DNA of 64,000 bases from Eledone cirrhosa (taxonomy: Eukaryota), in assembly GCA_964016885.1 (NCBI GenBank), contig OZ024744.1, forward strand, positions 81,468,001-81,532,000, read 5' to 3'. The notes below the pieces were generated by a model, which was given only the letters and a program-made list of their open reading frames with translations, was not told where the DNA came from and did not search any database. This document shows, one piece after another, positions 27,958-39,568 of this stretch (positions are counted from its first letter, which is position 1; each line of letters begins with the position of its first letter). The translations under genes were made by a program, and so were the position numbers.

Positions 27958-28142
27958 GCGGTGGATTGGCAGTATCGGTAGAGCATCGGACGCCATGCTT
28001 TGACGCATAGAGTTACGACCCTTGCCATTCTGAGTTCAAATCCCGCCGAGGTTAACTTTGCCTTTCATCCTTACGGGGTCGCTAAAATAAAGTACCAGTA
28101 ATGCACTGGGTTATTGCTGGCCTTGTGCCAAAAGTAGAAACA
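27958..28142 (+). mobile_element. Full-length Nin/Deu-domain tRNA-derived SINE with 21-bp TSD (one of many copies in the window)
   Basis: A/B-box head (GAGTTCAAATC), GCCTTTCATCCTTACGGGGTCG core; TSD attatctttcaacacatgttg at 27937-27957 and 28143-28163. Confidence 0.85.
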
Positions 28143-29989
28143 ATTATCTTTCAACACATGTTGCCTGTAATGAACATTTTATAATGATGAACTTATAGAA
28201 GAATATTATTAAGGGTCAGAGGCCATGCTTTGCAGTATAGAATTACGGCACTTTATGGTCTGAGTTCAAATCCTGCCGAGGTTAACTTTGCCTTTCATCC
28301 TTACGGGGTCGATAAAATAAAGTACCAGTAATTCACTGAAATAAATGCTGGCTTTGTGCCAAAAGTAGAAACAATTATTACGCAATTAAAAATAAATAAG
28401 ATAAAGATACGCTTAACTCATATATATATCAAAAGTATATATTGAGTTAAAAACTCAAAATAATCCCTTATGATTTGAACGCATATATGTATATATCTGT
28501 GTTTGTCTCTCTTTATTGTATATATATATATAGTGTTAACAAATTTTTATTTTACAAAGCATATAAATAAATTTACAGTAGAATAACATAACAAATATGT
28601 TTTAAATATATACATAAAAAACATTACAACTGCTTAGATAACATTATAAATTGCTCGCGATTCTTTCAGACGGATATACGCTTTTCATGTTGCAATATTA
28701 AAGAAAATGTAATGGAAGGGGTGAACAACAGAGCCACCGCCAGACCAAAAGAAAAGACAGCAGCGTCGCAAGGAGTACCGGCCAACCTCTCAAATGATTT
28801 CTGAGGCAAGCCAGCACACTCGCAGCGTTGCCTCACGAAGCAAGCCAATTAGCTTCGGCCGTTTCCTCACTCACTCAATGGAAAACTAGGTTCGTATTAT
28901 TAAAAATTATTAAAATTCGAACCCAGGTGGCCAGAATGCACACTCACTTTCGCTAAACGGTGAGGGAAACGGCACCGTGTGGGTAAGATATTTATATATA
29001 TGATACAGAGACCGTCCAAAAGGGCAAACATAAATGGGCTGGCCAAGTCTTGTTTCAGAGACAACGGGTGGACTGTTTTCCAAGGCAGTGTAAAAGACCA
29101 GAGGGTGGACAAATGTCAGATGGAGCGATGATGTGAGCCGATACCTCGGCCCCACATGACCAGATATTGGAAGCGGTGGAGGTCAACTAGGACAGGGGGA
29201 TTCCTCCAACAGGAGTAAGAAGGCTCTGGATTTTGATTTTGTATGGATTTTTTTTTTTCAGAAGGGGAAGACGCGCACAATCAATCACACACAAGGAGTT
29301 TTCCGCTAATAATTTTTACGCCAAGCCAATACAATTGCAGCATTACCATGGGTGATAGCGAGGCTAAAGCGTAATAGCCAAGTACTCTCGGGAACATCAC
29401 CTGATAGGACAGTAAAGCCAGTCGCCAACAATGACAGCTCGCCCTAACGTCCCGAACATCACAAAATAGTTTACCGATAATTCCTGTTATTTATAATTTT
29501 ATTCCGATCGGTTACGGATGTAGTGGCCCTCATCTTTATCGCAGCATCCAAAACGGAAACAACTGTATATAGATTAGAATTTGCAAAACAAAAAAGAAAC
29601 AACATAATTTTCAAAATAAATAGAAATTAATAAAGAAACAATAACTTAATACAATAGTGTAAAAGAAAAAAAATTCTCGGATATCGATCTTACATTGTCA
29701 TTTAAAATTTGTTTTCAATTTGTGCTAACTGGGCGTACCATATATTTTAGCCGCTTTTTTTATGAGCTCTGCATTAAAATATGTTAATACTAATTTATCG
29801 TCTCACAAACAAAAGGCAACTTTTTACGTGATAACTCGAATCCGCTTGCAATAACAGTCAAATCTTCCTCAAATCACACTCACTATCATTCTTCTAACGG
29901 AATGACACATCGTATAATGTAATCACATATACAATATCTGAAGTAAAGACAGACTGGTCATAGTTTATGTCTGAACAAGCAACCACCTG

Positions 29990-30160
29990 CTACCTTTCAG
30001 CACTTCCGGTTTCCCTGCCTCCTATATATCTCCCTCGTTATATTTCTTGCTTTTTTATTTGTACAGTCAACGTTAATTTTTTTCTTCTGTCTTTATCGGA
30101 TGCTCCAACGTATCTGTGTGTCTTTTTCTCATCCGATTACCTCTCTATTTACTTCCTGTG
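29990..30160 (+). promoter_or_regulatory. Probable THG1L core promoter with ETS-type motifs
   Basis: CACTTCCGG at 30001 and ACTTCCTG at 30151, local CpG retention and a pyrimidine-rich tract just upstream of the predicted first exon. Confidence 0.45.
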
Positions 30161-30225
30161 ATGATAGTTCCGCAGTTCAACATGTGAGAACATGTTGCCT
30201 TCTAATTAATACTCAACTTACACCG
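30150..30225 (+). other. THG1L: Probable non-coding first exon of THG1L (start approximate)
   Basis: Consensus donor CCG|GTGAGT at 30225/30226 in a CpG-rich block. The next THG1L exon begins with an acceptor at 35538, so an upstream exon is implied. Confidence 0.55.
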
Positions 30226-31571
30226 GTGAGTCAAACATTCATTGTTAATTGATTACAGAAAAACAAAACAAAAGAAAAAAAAAGAAAGAAAGAAAAGATT
30301 AATACAACAAATAGATCGTTGTCATAATTTTGTTGTTGAAAATCGAACTACAAACGAGAGTATATGTTTACATTCATATGGTTTACATATACATGCGTAC
30401 ATATATAGTTTACACTCTTTCACACACGTTATATTCGAAATGTAAGATTTCTTACATAGTCACAATCCTGAGATGTAATCGTAATAGAATAATAAGATCG
30501 TATGGACTTTATGACTTTCCCAACGATGAAAGAGGGGGTCGGGAGACTTTAGCGGTGAATAACTCTGAACTCGAAAGCATGCTTCTTCATTCTCACATGT
30601 TACAGCAATAAGTCAAATGTTCATGCAACTAGCAAATGCCGTATTAATTTATATAATTCAATAAAATATAATAAGTCAGAAAGAAGACACGTACACTCAA
30701 TTACGCGTTATAACAGAAATTGCTGGTGATGCTTCCTAAAAAGCTTTTTTTAGGAAACCCAAGAAAGACACGACATTATCGCGGTGGATAGCGAGGCTAC
30801 GACAGTGAAATAGCCAAGCACGCTCAAGAGCATTACCTAGTCTGTGAACGATGACAAAAACATTGTCGGCGGCCCAGCTGACATATCGTATGTCACAGAC
30901 TGAAAATTGTAATTCATTTATATATCACAGTATTTCGATAGTTTAGTCCTTTCGACTATGGATGCTGTGCCCCACCACCAGAGAGTAAGAAGAGCGTCAC
31001 ACATTTTGAGAGAGGGGTACAGTGAATTAGATCAACCTTAGTAGTTAACTGGTACCTTATTTTGTCAATAGAGAATGATGAAAAGCAAAATAGACTCCAG
31101 TGGAATTTAAACACAAAACAGCATTTTGTCAGGCTAGGAATTCGACTGATTTTGTAACTTTCCCAACAATAATATTAAGGGTGTCTAATATATATGTGGA
31201 GGCATGTGGCCTAGTGGTAAAGGTGTTGGACTTACAAGCATAATATTGTGGGTTCGATTCCTGGGTTGCATGTTGTGTTCTTGAACAAAAACACTTCATT
31301 TCATGTTGCTCCAGTATACTCAGCTGAAAAATGAGTACCAGCAATAGCTGGGGGTTTAACTCTACAATGGACTGGTGTCCTGTCCAGGGGGAAAGTCTTG
31401 TACTCTCAGTCGCTTCTTGCCATGAAACCTGGATAAGCACTGGCCAAATGAGCCTTCTGGCTTAAGACAGATTTTAGACTAATGTTGTCACACACTTTTT
31501 GAAGATAGACAAAATTTAGTAAAATCGACGTATGTGTATGACTGGTATGAAAACTAGGCAGCTATTTAGGG

Positions 31572-31730
31572 CAGTAGTCGCCAACCGATGGTCTGTGGAC
31601 CACTGGTGGTCCAAGGGAAAATGTTGGTGTTCTGCAGAAAAATTTTATTGTATTTTTTTGTAAAAATTCATATTAGTGGTCTGCAGGATTTAAAATTATG
31701 AATTTAGTGGTCCATGAGGTTCGACTGCTG
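31572..31730. mobile_element. hAT (Charlie-like) MITE
   Basis: CAGTAGTCG..CGACTGCTG termini; 8-bp TSD atttaggg/gtttaggg; internal GTGGTCC motifs. Confidence 0.7.
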
Positions 31731-32434
31731 GTTTAGGGCACATTGTAAGCCTGGGTTAAAACACTGTTTAATTTGGCACTGGCTCTGCAATAGTTTCATT
31801 TTTTAGTTGAGACCTAATAATTTCACTTTTACGTAATTATGCATTTTACCTCCTTTGCTGTACATTCAGCTACAATAGCCAAAGAAACTACTGATGTTCT
31901 GAATCAGCTAATATTGTAGTAGCTTATGACGAGAGGCATAACTATAACAGTGAACAGGTACACTATATACATCCGCTTTTCCCTGCTTGCAAGGGTGGGA
32001 CAGGAACTGATTCTGGCTTGATTTCTACAGCTGGATGCCCTTCCTAACACCAACCTCATTTACAGTGAGTGCTGGGTGCTTTTTTTCTGTGGCGCCTCCA
32101 CGACCACTTTGCAGTGGAATGCCACATCTCATTTCTACAGCTGAGTAAACTGGGGCAATGTGAAATAAAGTGTCTTGCTCAAGGAAACAACACATCACCC
32201 AGTCTGAGAATTGAACTCACAACCTTTCGATTGCAAGCCCAATGCTCTAACCACTAAGCCATGTGCCTCCATGATATATATCATCATCATCATCATCATC
32301 ACCGTTTTACGTCCGTTCTTCCACGCTAGCATGGGTTAGACGGGTTGTCCTGTTGTGGGCAGTGTCTGGTCGGCTGACCATGCCTTGCTCATACAGGAAC
32401 TGATCTGGCTTGATTTCTACAGCTGGATGCCCTT

Positions 32435-32467
<33 letters not shown>

Positions 32468-33154
32468 TCATCATCACCGTTTTACATTCATTTTTCCACA
32501 CTAGCATAGGTTAGACGAGTTGTCCTAGTTTCAGGTGACCATGTCTTGCTCATACAGAATTGATTTAGGTTTAGTTTCTACAGCTGGATGCCCTTCCTAA
32601 CAGCAACTACTTTACAGTGAGTACTGTGTGCTTTTTGTCGTCACACCTATACAACCACTTTACAGTGTTTACGACCACATTACAGTGTGGACTTGGTGCT
32701 TTTTGTCGTGACACCTACATGACCACTTTACAGTATGGACTAGGTACTTTTTGTCGTGAATCCTACACTACCACTTTACTGAATCTCAGAAAGGGAATGG
32801 CAAAGAAAAAGCAGGGCTAAAAATGATGATGATAATTATGATATATCTATGTATGTGTAAAAGTATCATGCTATCTTAAAAAAGACTTAGCAATCACTTG
32901 AACTGCTAGAAATAACAGCCAGATTTCCCTTAAATTACACAGTCTTAAAAAGGAAGGATGCTAACCTGTAACTTAACAACATGAACTAAGGAAAATTCCC
33001 CACAAAAACTTCTTTTAATAAAATGTAAAATTACATGTTTCTTTTTATGAATAACTTTTTTCTCTAAAACAGTTTTTGTTTAATAATTTAAAATTATTAG
33101 AGAACCAAACAATGTGTATAAAGAATTAAAACGTTTTAATTCTTTATATGCATT

Positions 33155-35123
33155 GAAGGCATCTGGAATGGTGGGACATACTATGGTCACCCGTATAGTT
33201 AACCAAGCAATACAGAATGGGGTCATACCAAAAGACTGGCGTAGCAGCATCATCATTAACTGCTACAAGGGTAAAGGAGTGCTCTAGATAGAGGAAACTA
33301 TAGAGGCATTAAGTTAATTGACCAGGTCATGAAGGTCACAGAAAGAGTTATAGCACAACTAATCAGAGAGCGAATTGATCTAGATGAAATGCAGTTTGGG
33401 TTTGTGTCAGGTAAAAGTACCACAGACGCTCTTTTCCTTGTACAACAACTACAAGAGAAGTACCTAGCTAAAAGTAAATCCCTCTACTTAGCTTTTGTAG
33501 ACCTGGAAAAAGCCTTTGACAGAGTCCTCCGCTCCATTATCTGGTGGGCTCTTAGAAAACTAGGTGTAGATGAATGGCTTGTGAGAGCTATACAAGCTAT
33601 GTATAATGAAACAGTCAGTAAGGTTAGAATTAACAATGAATATTGTGAAGAATTTAGTGTAAAAGTTGGTGTTCATCAGGGCTCTGTCCTTAGCCCTCTC
33701 CTATTTATTATTGCCCTTCAGGCTATAACAGAGGAGTTCAAGACCGGCTGCCCATGGGAACTCCTATACGCAGATGATCTAACGCTCATAGCTGAATCAA
33801 TGGCTGAACTAGAGAAGAAATTCCAAACATGGAAGCATGGCCTAGAATCAAAAGGCCTTAAAGTTAACTTGTCTAAGACTAAAGTCCTAGTTTGTAGAAA
33901 GGAAAATAAGGCCCAGGTACCCTCAAGGCCTTGCTCAGTGTGTAGGAAAGGAGTAGGCATAAATTCAATTTTATGTCCCAAATGCAAAGTATGGGTACAT
34001 AAAAGATGTAGTGGGATCACAGGTAAACTATCTAAGAACGTAGACTTTATATGTGACCGATGCTCAGGTGCAATAAGTAGCAATTGTCCACAGGATACTA
34101 GCTCCTATTGCCCAGATGGTTCTATAGAAATAGTAGACACTTTCCGTTACCTGGGTGACGAAATCAGCAATGGTGGAGGCTGTTCTGAACGTACAGTAGC
34201 CAGAGTCAATGGGATGGAAAAAGTTCAGAGAGCTTATACCGCTGTTGGCCACAAAAGGTTTCTCTCTAAAAATGAAAGGCAGATTGTATGATGCCTGTAT
34301 ACGAACAGCAATGCTACATGGCAGTGAGACATGGGCATTGCGTGCAGAGGACCTGCATAGACTGGAAAGGAACGAAGCATGCATGCTCCGTTGGATGTGT
34401 AATAGTAATATACGTGAACGGCAAAGCATAAATGTACTAAGTGAGAAATTAGGAATAAGAGGGATCAGATGCTGTTTACTCGAGAGAAGACTACGTTGGT
34501 ATGGCCACGTGATGCGCATGAAAGACGACAGCTGTATAAAAAAGTGCAGGGCGATCAAAATTGATGGTAGTTATGGAGTAGGTAGACCCAGAAAAACCTG
34601 GGACGATCTGATAAATTCCGACCTCACACACTTACATCTCTCTAAGACAATGTCTCTGGACCGAGATCTTTGGCGCTACGCAGTAATACAGAAGACCTGC
34701 CTTGCCTATGTACAAAGCGAAACCTACAGTCAGTAGGCACCTCTTAACCAAATATACACCCCAATTCACTACCCCTACCCTATCCTCCCACTCCCACCAA
34801 CACCACCCCCTCTCTATAAAGTTGGTACCACAACATCCAGTCCAAATAAATGAGATCGAGATCGTGTAGGTGTCACGAGAAAAAAAACACACAGTCCACG
34901 CTGTAATGTGGCCGTGTCGGTAGCACGGTAAAAAGTTCCCAGTTCCACACTGTGAATGTGGTTGGTGTTAGGAAGGGCATCCAGCCGTAGAAAACCTGCC
35001 AGATAGTCCTATATGAGCGAGACACGGTCACCCGACCAACCTTGCCTCAAGTGGGACAACTCCCGTCTAACCCATGCTAGCATGGAAAGTGGACGTTAAA
35101 CGAGGATGATGATGATGATGATG
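33155..35123 (+). mobile_element. RTE-clade LINE, 5'-truncated, in THG1L intron 1
   Basis: ORFs 33329-34291 and 34209-34736 (YADD RT, PHD, RRLRWYGHV); nearly identical to the 13.8-15.5 kb copy; (GAT)n tail. Confidence 0.94.
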
Positions 35124-35547
35124 CATTGTTTGAGATTCTAATAATTTAAAATTATATTGTTACAATGTTTTAAAAAAATGCCTTGAAATTCACTTCATAC
35201 AGTTTTTTGTTTAATTTAATGTCTTCTTCATATTATGGGTATTATCTTTAAATATATCTAGATCAACTGATATTGGAAGATTTATCTCCGCCTCCCCTTA
35301 CAGCAATTAACCATTTTTTTAGAAGATTAATCCTTTAGCATTTACATTACTCTATATTTACTATTCTATTTTCGTGGTAAAGGCTTTATCTCACAATATC
35401 GAATCTATGATATTTTGATATTGAACCAACCAACCAGAAATTTGTAATAAATTGAAGTGAATACCAACAGGTGAATGTGTTTTTATTGGCAGCATGACCC
35501 TCCCAAAGTATAACAGTAGTGTATATTTTATTTTTCAGAAACTAAAA

Positions 35548-35613
35548 ATGATTATTAAACGGATCCATCTTCAACTTCCAAAATTAAATATGTTGAGGAT
35601 AGAATATTGTTGA
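35548..35613 (+). promoter_or_regulatory. 21-codon uORF whose TGA overlaps the upstream THG1L ATG (TGATG)
   Basis: aaaATG at 35548 encodes [21 protein letters not shown]; TGA at 35611-35613 overlaps ATG at 35613-35615. Confidence 0.6.
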
Positions 35614-35869
35614 TGCTATCATCTATGAGATCCTTTCAGACTCTTTCACTGCATCGTAAGGTTGCATCTTCAACACTTGCAAGATTATTTTATTCTTCTA
35701 ATTTGGTTTCTGTGGGTCCTGTATTTAAAACCTCAAGATTGAGTAGCAGCCGTCATATACATAACATGGCAAAAAGCCGATTCGCATATGTCCGAGATTT
35801 TGAGTTGGATGATCGATGTTTGCCTAACTGTTGGATAGTTGTCCGTATTGATGGCCATAGTTTCCACAG
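35613..35869 (+). CDS. THG1L: THG1L first coding exon (exon starts 35539; upstream ATG 35613 adds a 51-aa presequence; core ATG 35766)
   Basis: Translation [35 protein letters not shown] matches the Thg1 N-terminus, with the catalytic Asp at position 29 (RIDG). Acceptor tttttcag ends at 35538; donor AG|gtagag at 35869/35870. Confidence 0.96.
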
Positions 35870-35955
35870 GTAGAGTAATATTTTCACTTATATTTTCTTT
35901 CTTTTAAATTTATTTAGATTTGATACTAATGATACTTTTTTTCTTGGGAAAATGA

Positions 35956-36870
35956 TAGCACTGGTGCCACAACAAAACACTCAGTCTACCCTGTAAGTCG
36001 ATAGTGCTGGTGCCATGATGAAAAGTACCTTGTCTACCCTGGAAAGTGGTAGTGCTGGTGCCACAACAAAACACTCAGTCTACCCTGTAAGTCGATAGTG
36101 CTGGTGCCATGATGAAAAGTACCTTGTCTACTCTGGAAAGTGGTAGTGCTGGTGCCACAACAAAACACTCAATCTACCCTGTAAGTCAATAGTGCTGGTG
36201 CCATGATGAAAAGTACCTTGTCTACCCTGGAAAGTGGTAGTGCTGGTGCCACAACAAAATACTCAATCTACCCTGTAAGTCGATAGTGCTGGTGCCATGA
36301 TGAAAAGTACCTTGTCTACCCTGGAAAGTGGTAGCACTGGTGCCACAACAAAACACTCAGTCTACCCTGTAAGTCGATAGTGCTGGTGCCATGATGAAAA
36401 GTACCTTGTCTACCCTGGAAAGTGGTAGCACTGGTGCCACAACAAAACACTCAGTCTACCCTGTAAGTCGATAGTGCTGGTGCCATGATGAAAAGTACCT
36501 TGTCTACCCTGGAAAGTGGTAGTACTGGTGCCACAACAAAACACCCAGTCTACCCTGTAAGTCGATAGTGCTGGTGCCATGATGAAAAGTACCTTGTCTA
36601 CCCTGGAAAGTGGTAGTACTGGTGCCACAACAAAACACTCAGTCTACCCTGTAAGTCGATAGTGCTGGTGCCATGATGAAAAGTACCTTGTCTACCCTGG
36701 AAAGTGGTAGCACTGGTGCCACAACAAAACACCCAGTCTACCCTGTAAGTCGATAGTGCTGGTGCCATGATGAAAAGTACCTTGTCTACCCTGGAAAGTG
36801 GTAGTACTGGTGCCACAACAAAACACCCAGTCTACCCTGTAAGTCAATAGTGCTGGTGGCACAACGAAAA
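35956..36870. repeat. 94-bp (46+48) higher-order minisatellite, ~9.7 units, in THG1L intron 2
   Basis: Unit recurs at 35956, 36050, ...; monomers resemble the 48-bp RTE 3'UTR repeat. Confidence 0.92.
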
Positions 36871-38149
36871 GCACCCAGTCTATCCTGTAAGGTGGTAATG
36901 CTGGTGCAATGACAAAATACGTGTTAGTGTTAATACCACGATGAATAACACTTAGTTCACCCTATATGGTGATAGTGCTGGTGCTATGACAAAAACCACC
37001 TAATCCACCCTGTAAGGTTGCTGCCACTACTAAAAGCATCCTGTTCATTCTGTAAGGTGGTTGCCACAACGAAAACCATCCAGTCCACCCTGTAAGGTGG
37101 TAGTGCTGATGCCACAAGGAAAAGCATCCACCCAGCCTGTAAGGTGGTAGTGCTGGTTGGTATAATAAAAAGCACCCAGTCCACCATGTAAGGTGGTAGT
37201 GCTGGTACCACAATGAAAAGCATCCTGTTCAACCAAAGGTGGTAGTGCCAAAGTCATGATAAAATGCTCCCAGTCCACACTGCAAAGTGGTTGGTGTAGG
37301 AAGGGCATACAGCCATAGAAATGATGTTCCAAGTATATGAAGCATACAAGCAAGTCATAGTCACCTGACCAATCTGACCTTTGTACATGACAACCAGTCT
37401 AACCCATGTAAGCATGGAAAATAGATATTAAATGGAGATGATGATGATATACAAAGTATTCTGATTCTGGCAAACTTTGCAATATTTTTTTCTGACTCAT
37501 TCCAGAATAATGTTCTGAGGTCAAATCCAACTGAGGTCAACTTTGCTTTCCTTCCTTTCAGGGTTGATAAATAAAGTAAGCAGTCAAGGGTGTTAATTAT
37601 CATCAACATTTTACATCCACTTTCCATTTTGGCATGAGTTGGATGGATTGTTTTGATCCAAGATTAGATGAATCAGATTAATCCATCTTGATCATACATT
37701 CTATATTTAGCTTTGGTTCCTATGGCTGGATGCTTTTCCTAATGCCAATCAGTTTTCTGGGTGTACTGGGTGCACTTTTTCATGGCAGCAGATTGCCAGA
37801 ATTATTAGAATATCAGATATGACACCTTGCTGTATCTCTGTCAACCTTTTTCATTCTGAGTTTGTCTGCCATAGTTACCTTTGTCTTTCCCTTGGACAAC
37901 ATTAGAAGCATGAAAAGGGAGATTTGCATGCATGTGTAACAGTTGGTCCTCCAAAAACCGAAAACAAAATAAAAAAACACCTTGCTTAGGTACAAAACCA
38001 TGGGTAGCCATGACTGAAAGGGAACCTTCAGTTAAAATTCTGGTTCCTCTTAGAATACAATGGTAGTATACGATAAAGGTCATTAATGAATATGGTCTGC
38101 AGCAATAATATATTAATAGTAAATACTGAGAAATTCATTTAATTGTATA

Positions 38150-39380
38150 CACAGTTCACTCTGTACAGTAGTAGTGCTGGTGCCACTATAAAATTTACCA
38201 AGACCATCCTGTATTGTGGTAGTGCTAGTGCCATAATAAAATCTATCAAGTCCATTTTGTACAGTGCCATGATAAAATCTACCCAGTCCACCCTGTACAG
38301 TGGTAATACCAGTGCCACAATAAAATCCACCCAGTTCTCTCTGTAAAGTGGTAATACTGGTACCACAATAAAATCTACCCAGTCCACCCTGTAAAGTGGT
38401 AATACTGGTACCACAATAAAATCTACCCAGTCCACCCTGTAAAGTGGTAATACCAGTGCCACAATAAAATCTACACAGTCCACCCTGTAAAGTGGTAATG
38501 CTGGTGCCACAATAAAATCTACCCAGTCCACCCTGTAAAGTGGTAATACCAGTGCCACAATAAAATCTACCCAGTCCACCCTGTAAAGTGGTAATACCGG
38601 TGCCACAATAAAATCTACCCAGTCCACCCTGTAAAGTGGTAATACCAGTGCCACAATAAAATCTACACAGTCCACCCTGTAAAGTGGTAATGCTGGTGCC
38701 ACAATAAAATCTACCCAGTCCACTCTGTAAAGTGGTAATACTGGTGCCACAATAAAATCTACCCAGTCCACTCTGTAAAGTGGTAATACTGGTGCCACAA
38801 TAAAATTTACCCAGTCCACTCTGTAAAGAGGTAATGCCAGTTCCACAATAAAATTGACCCAGTCCTCTCTGTACAGTGGTAATGCTAGTACTACAATAAA
38901 ATCCACGCAGTCCACCCTGTAAAGTGGTAATGCTGGTGCCATAAAATCAACCCAGTCCACCTTGTACAGAGGTAATGTTAGTGCCACAATAAAATCCACC
39001 CAGTCCACCCTGTAAAGTGGTAATGCTAGTGCCACAATAAAATCCACCCAGTCCACCCTGTAAAGTGGTAATGCTGGTGCCATAAAATCTACCCAGTCCA
39101 CCCTGTACAGTGGTAATGCTGGTGCCATGATAAAATCTATCCAGTCCATTTGTACAGTGGCATAATAAAATCCACCCATCCCACTCTGTAAAATTGTAGT
39201 ACCAGTGTCATAATAAAATCCACCTTGTACTGTGGTAATGCAGGCACCATAATAAAATGCACTCAGCTCAGTCCACCCTGTACAGTGGTAGTACTGGTGC
39301 CATAATTAAATTCACCCAGTCCACTATGTAAAGTGGTAGTACCAATGCCACAATAAAATATACCCAGTATGTGCTGTAGA
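38150..39380. repeat. 48-bp minisatellite in THG1L intron 2
   Basis: Unit CCAGTCCACCCTGTAAAGTGGTAATRCYRGTGCCACAATAAAATCTAC; produces the 16-aa-repeat ORF 38139-39179. Confidence 0.92.
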
Positions 39381-39568
39381 GTGTTTGGTGATAGGCAGGG
39401 CATCCGGTTGTAGAAACCATGGCAAAAATGAAACGTAATAGATTTTCCCTCTCCCCAACCCACTCTACCCCAGAAATTGTTGGCCTGGAGCCTAAATTTT
39501 AAATGATTGTTTTGTTTTTTTGTTTGTTTTTACACAGTTGTTTTTAGTAAATGTATTTCTCTGTTTAG

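Larger units (their letters stand above)
26800..31000. promoter_or_regulatory. CpG-retaining, LINE-free block; likely bidirectional promoter region
   Basis: Visibly more CG dinucleotides than flanking unique DNA; outward-facing consensus donors (minus strand GTAAGT at 27605, plus strand GTGAGT at 30226); CCAAT and ETS motifs. Confidence 0.55.

Noticed and set aside
28700-29460. Telomerase RNA as the identity of the structured segment
   Set aside because: No adequate TTAGGG template in a suitable position on either strand; only a 7-nt CCCTAAC near 29442, not conserved in the sister units.
31198-31270. tRNA genes (also at 2936, 9370, 27958, 39869, 41021)
   Set aside because: A/B boxes are present, but acceptor stems do not close and each continues into a SINE core.
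35956-36870. CRISPR-like repeat array
   Set aside because: Intervening segments are themselves repeated, there are no cas genes, and the context is a eukaryotic intron.
38139-39179. 346-aa ORF of LPLYRVDWVDFIVAPV repeats as a protein gene
   Set aside because: It is the translation of a 48-bp (frame-preserving) minisatellite derived from the RTE tail, antisense in an intron.
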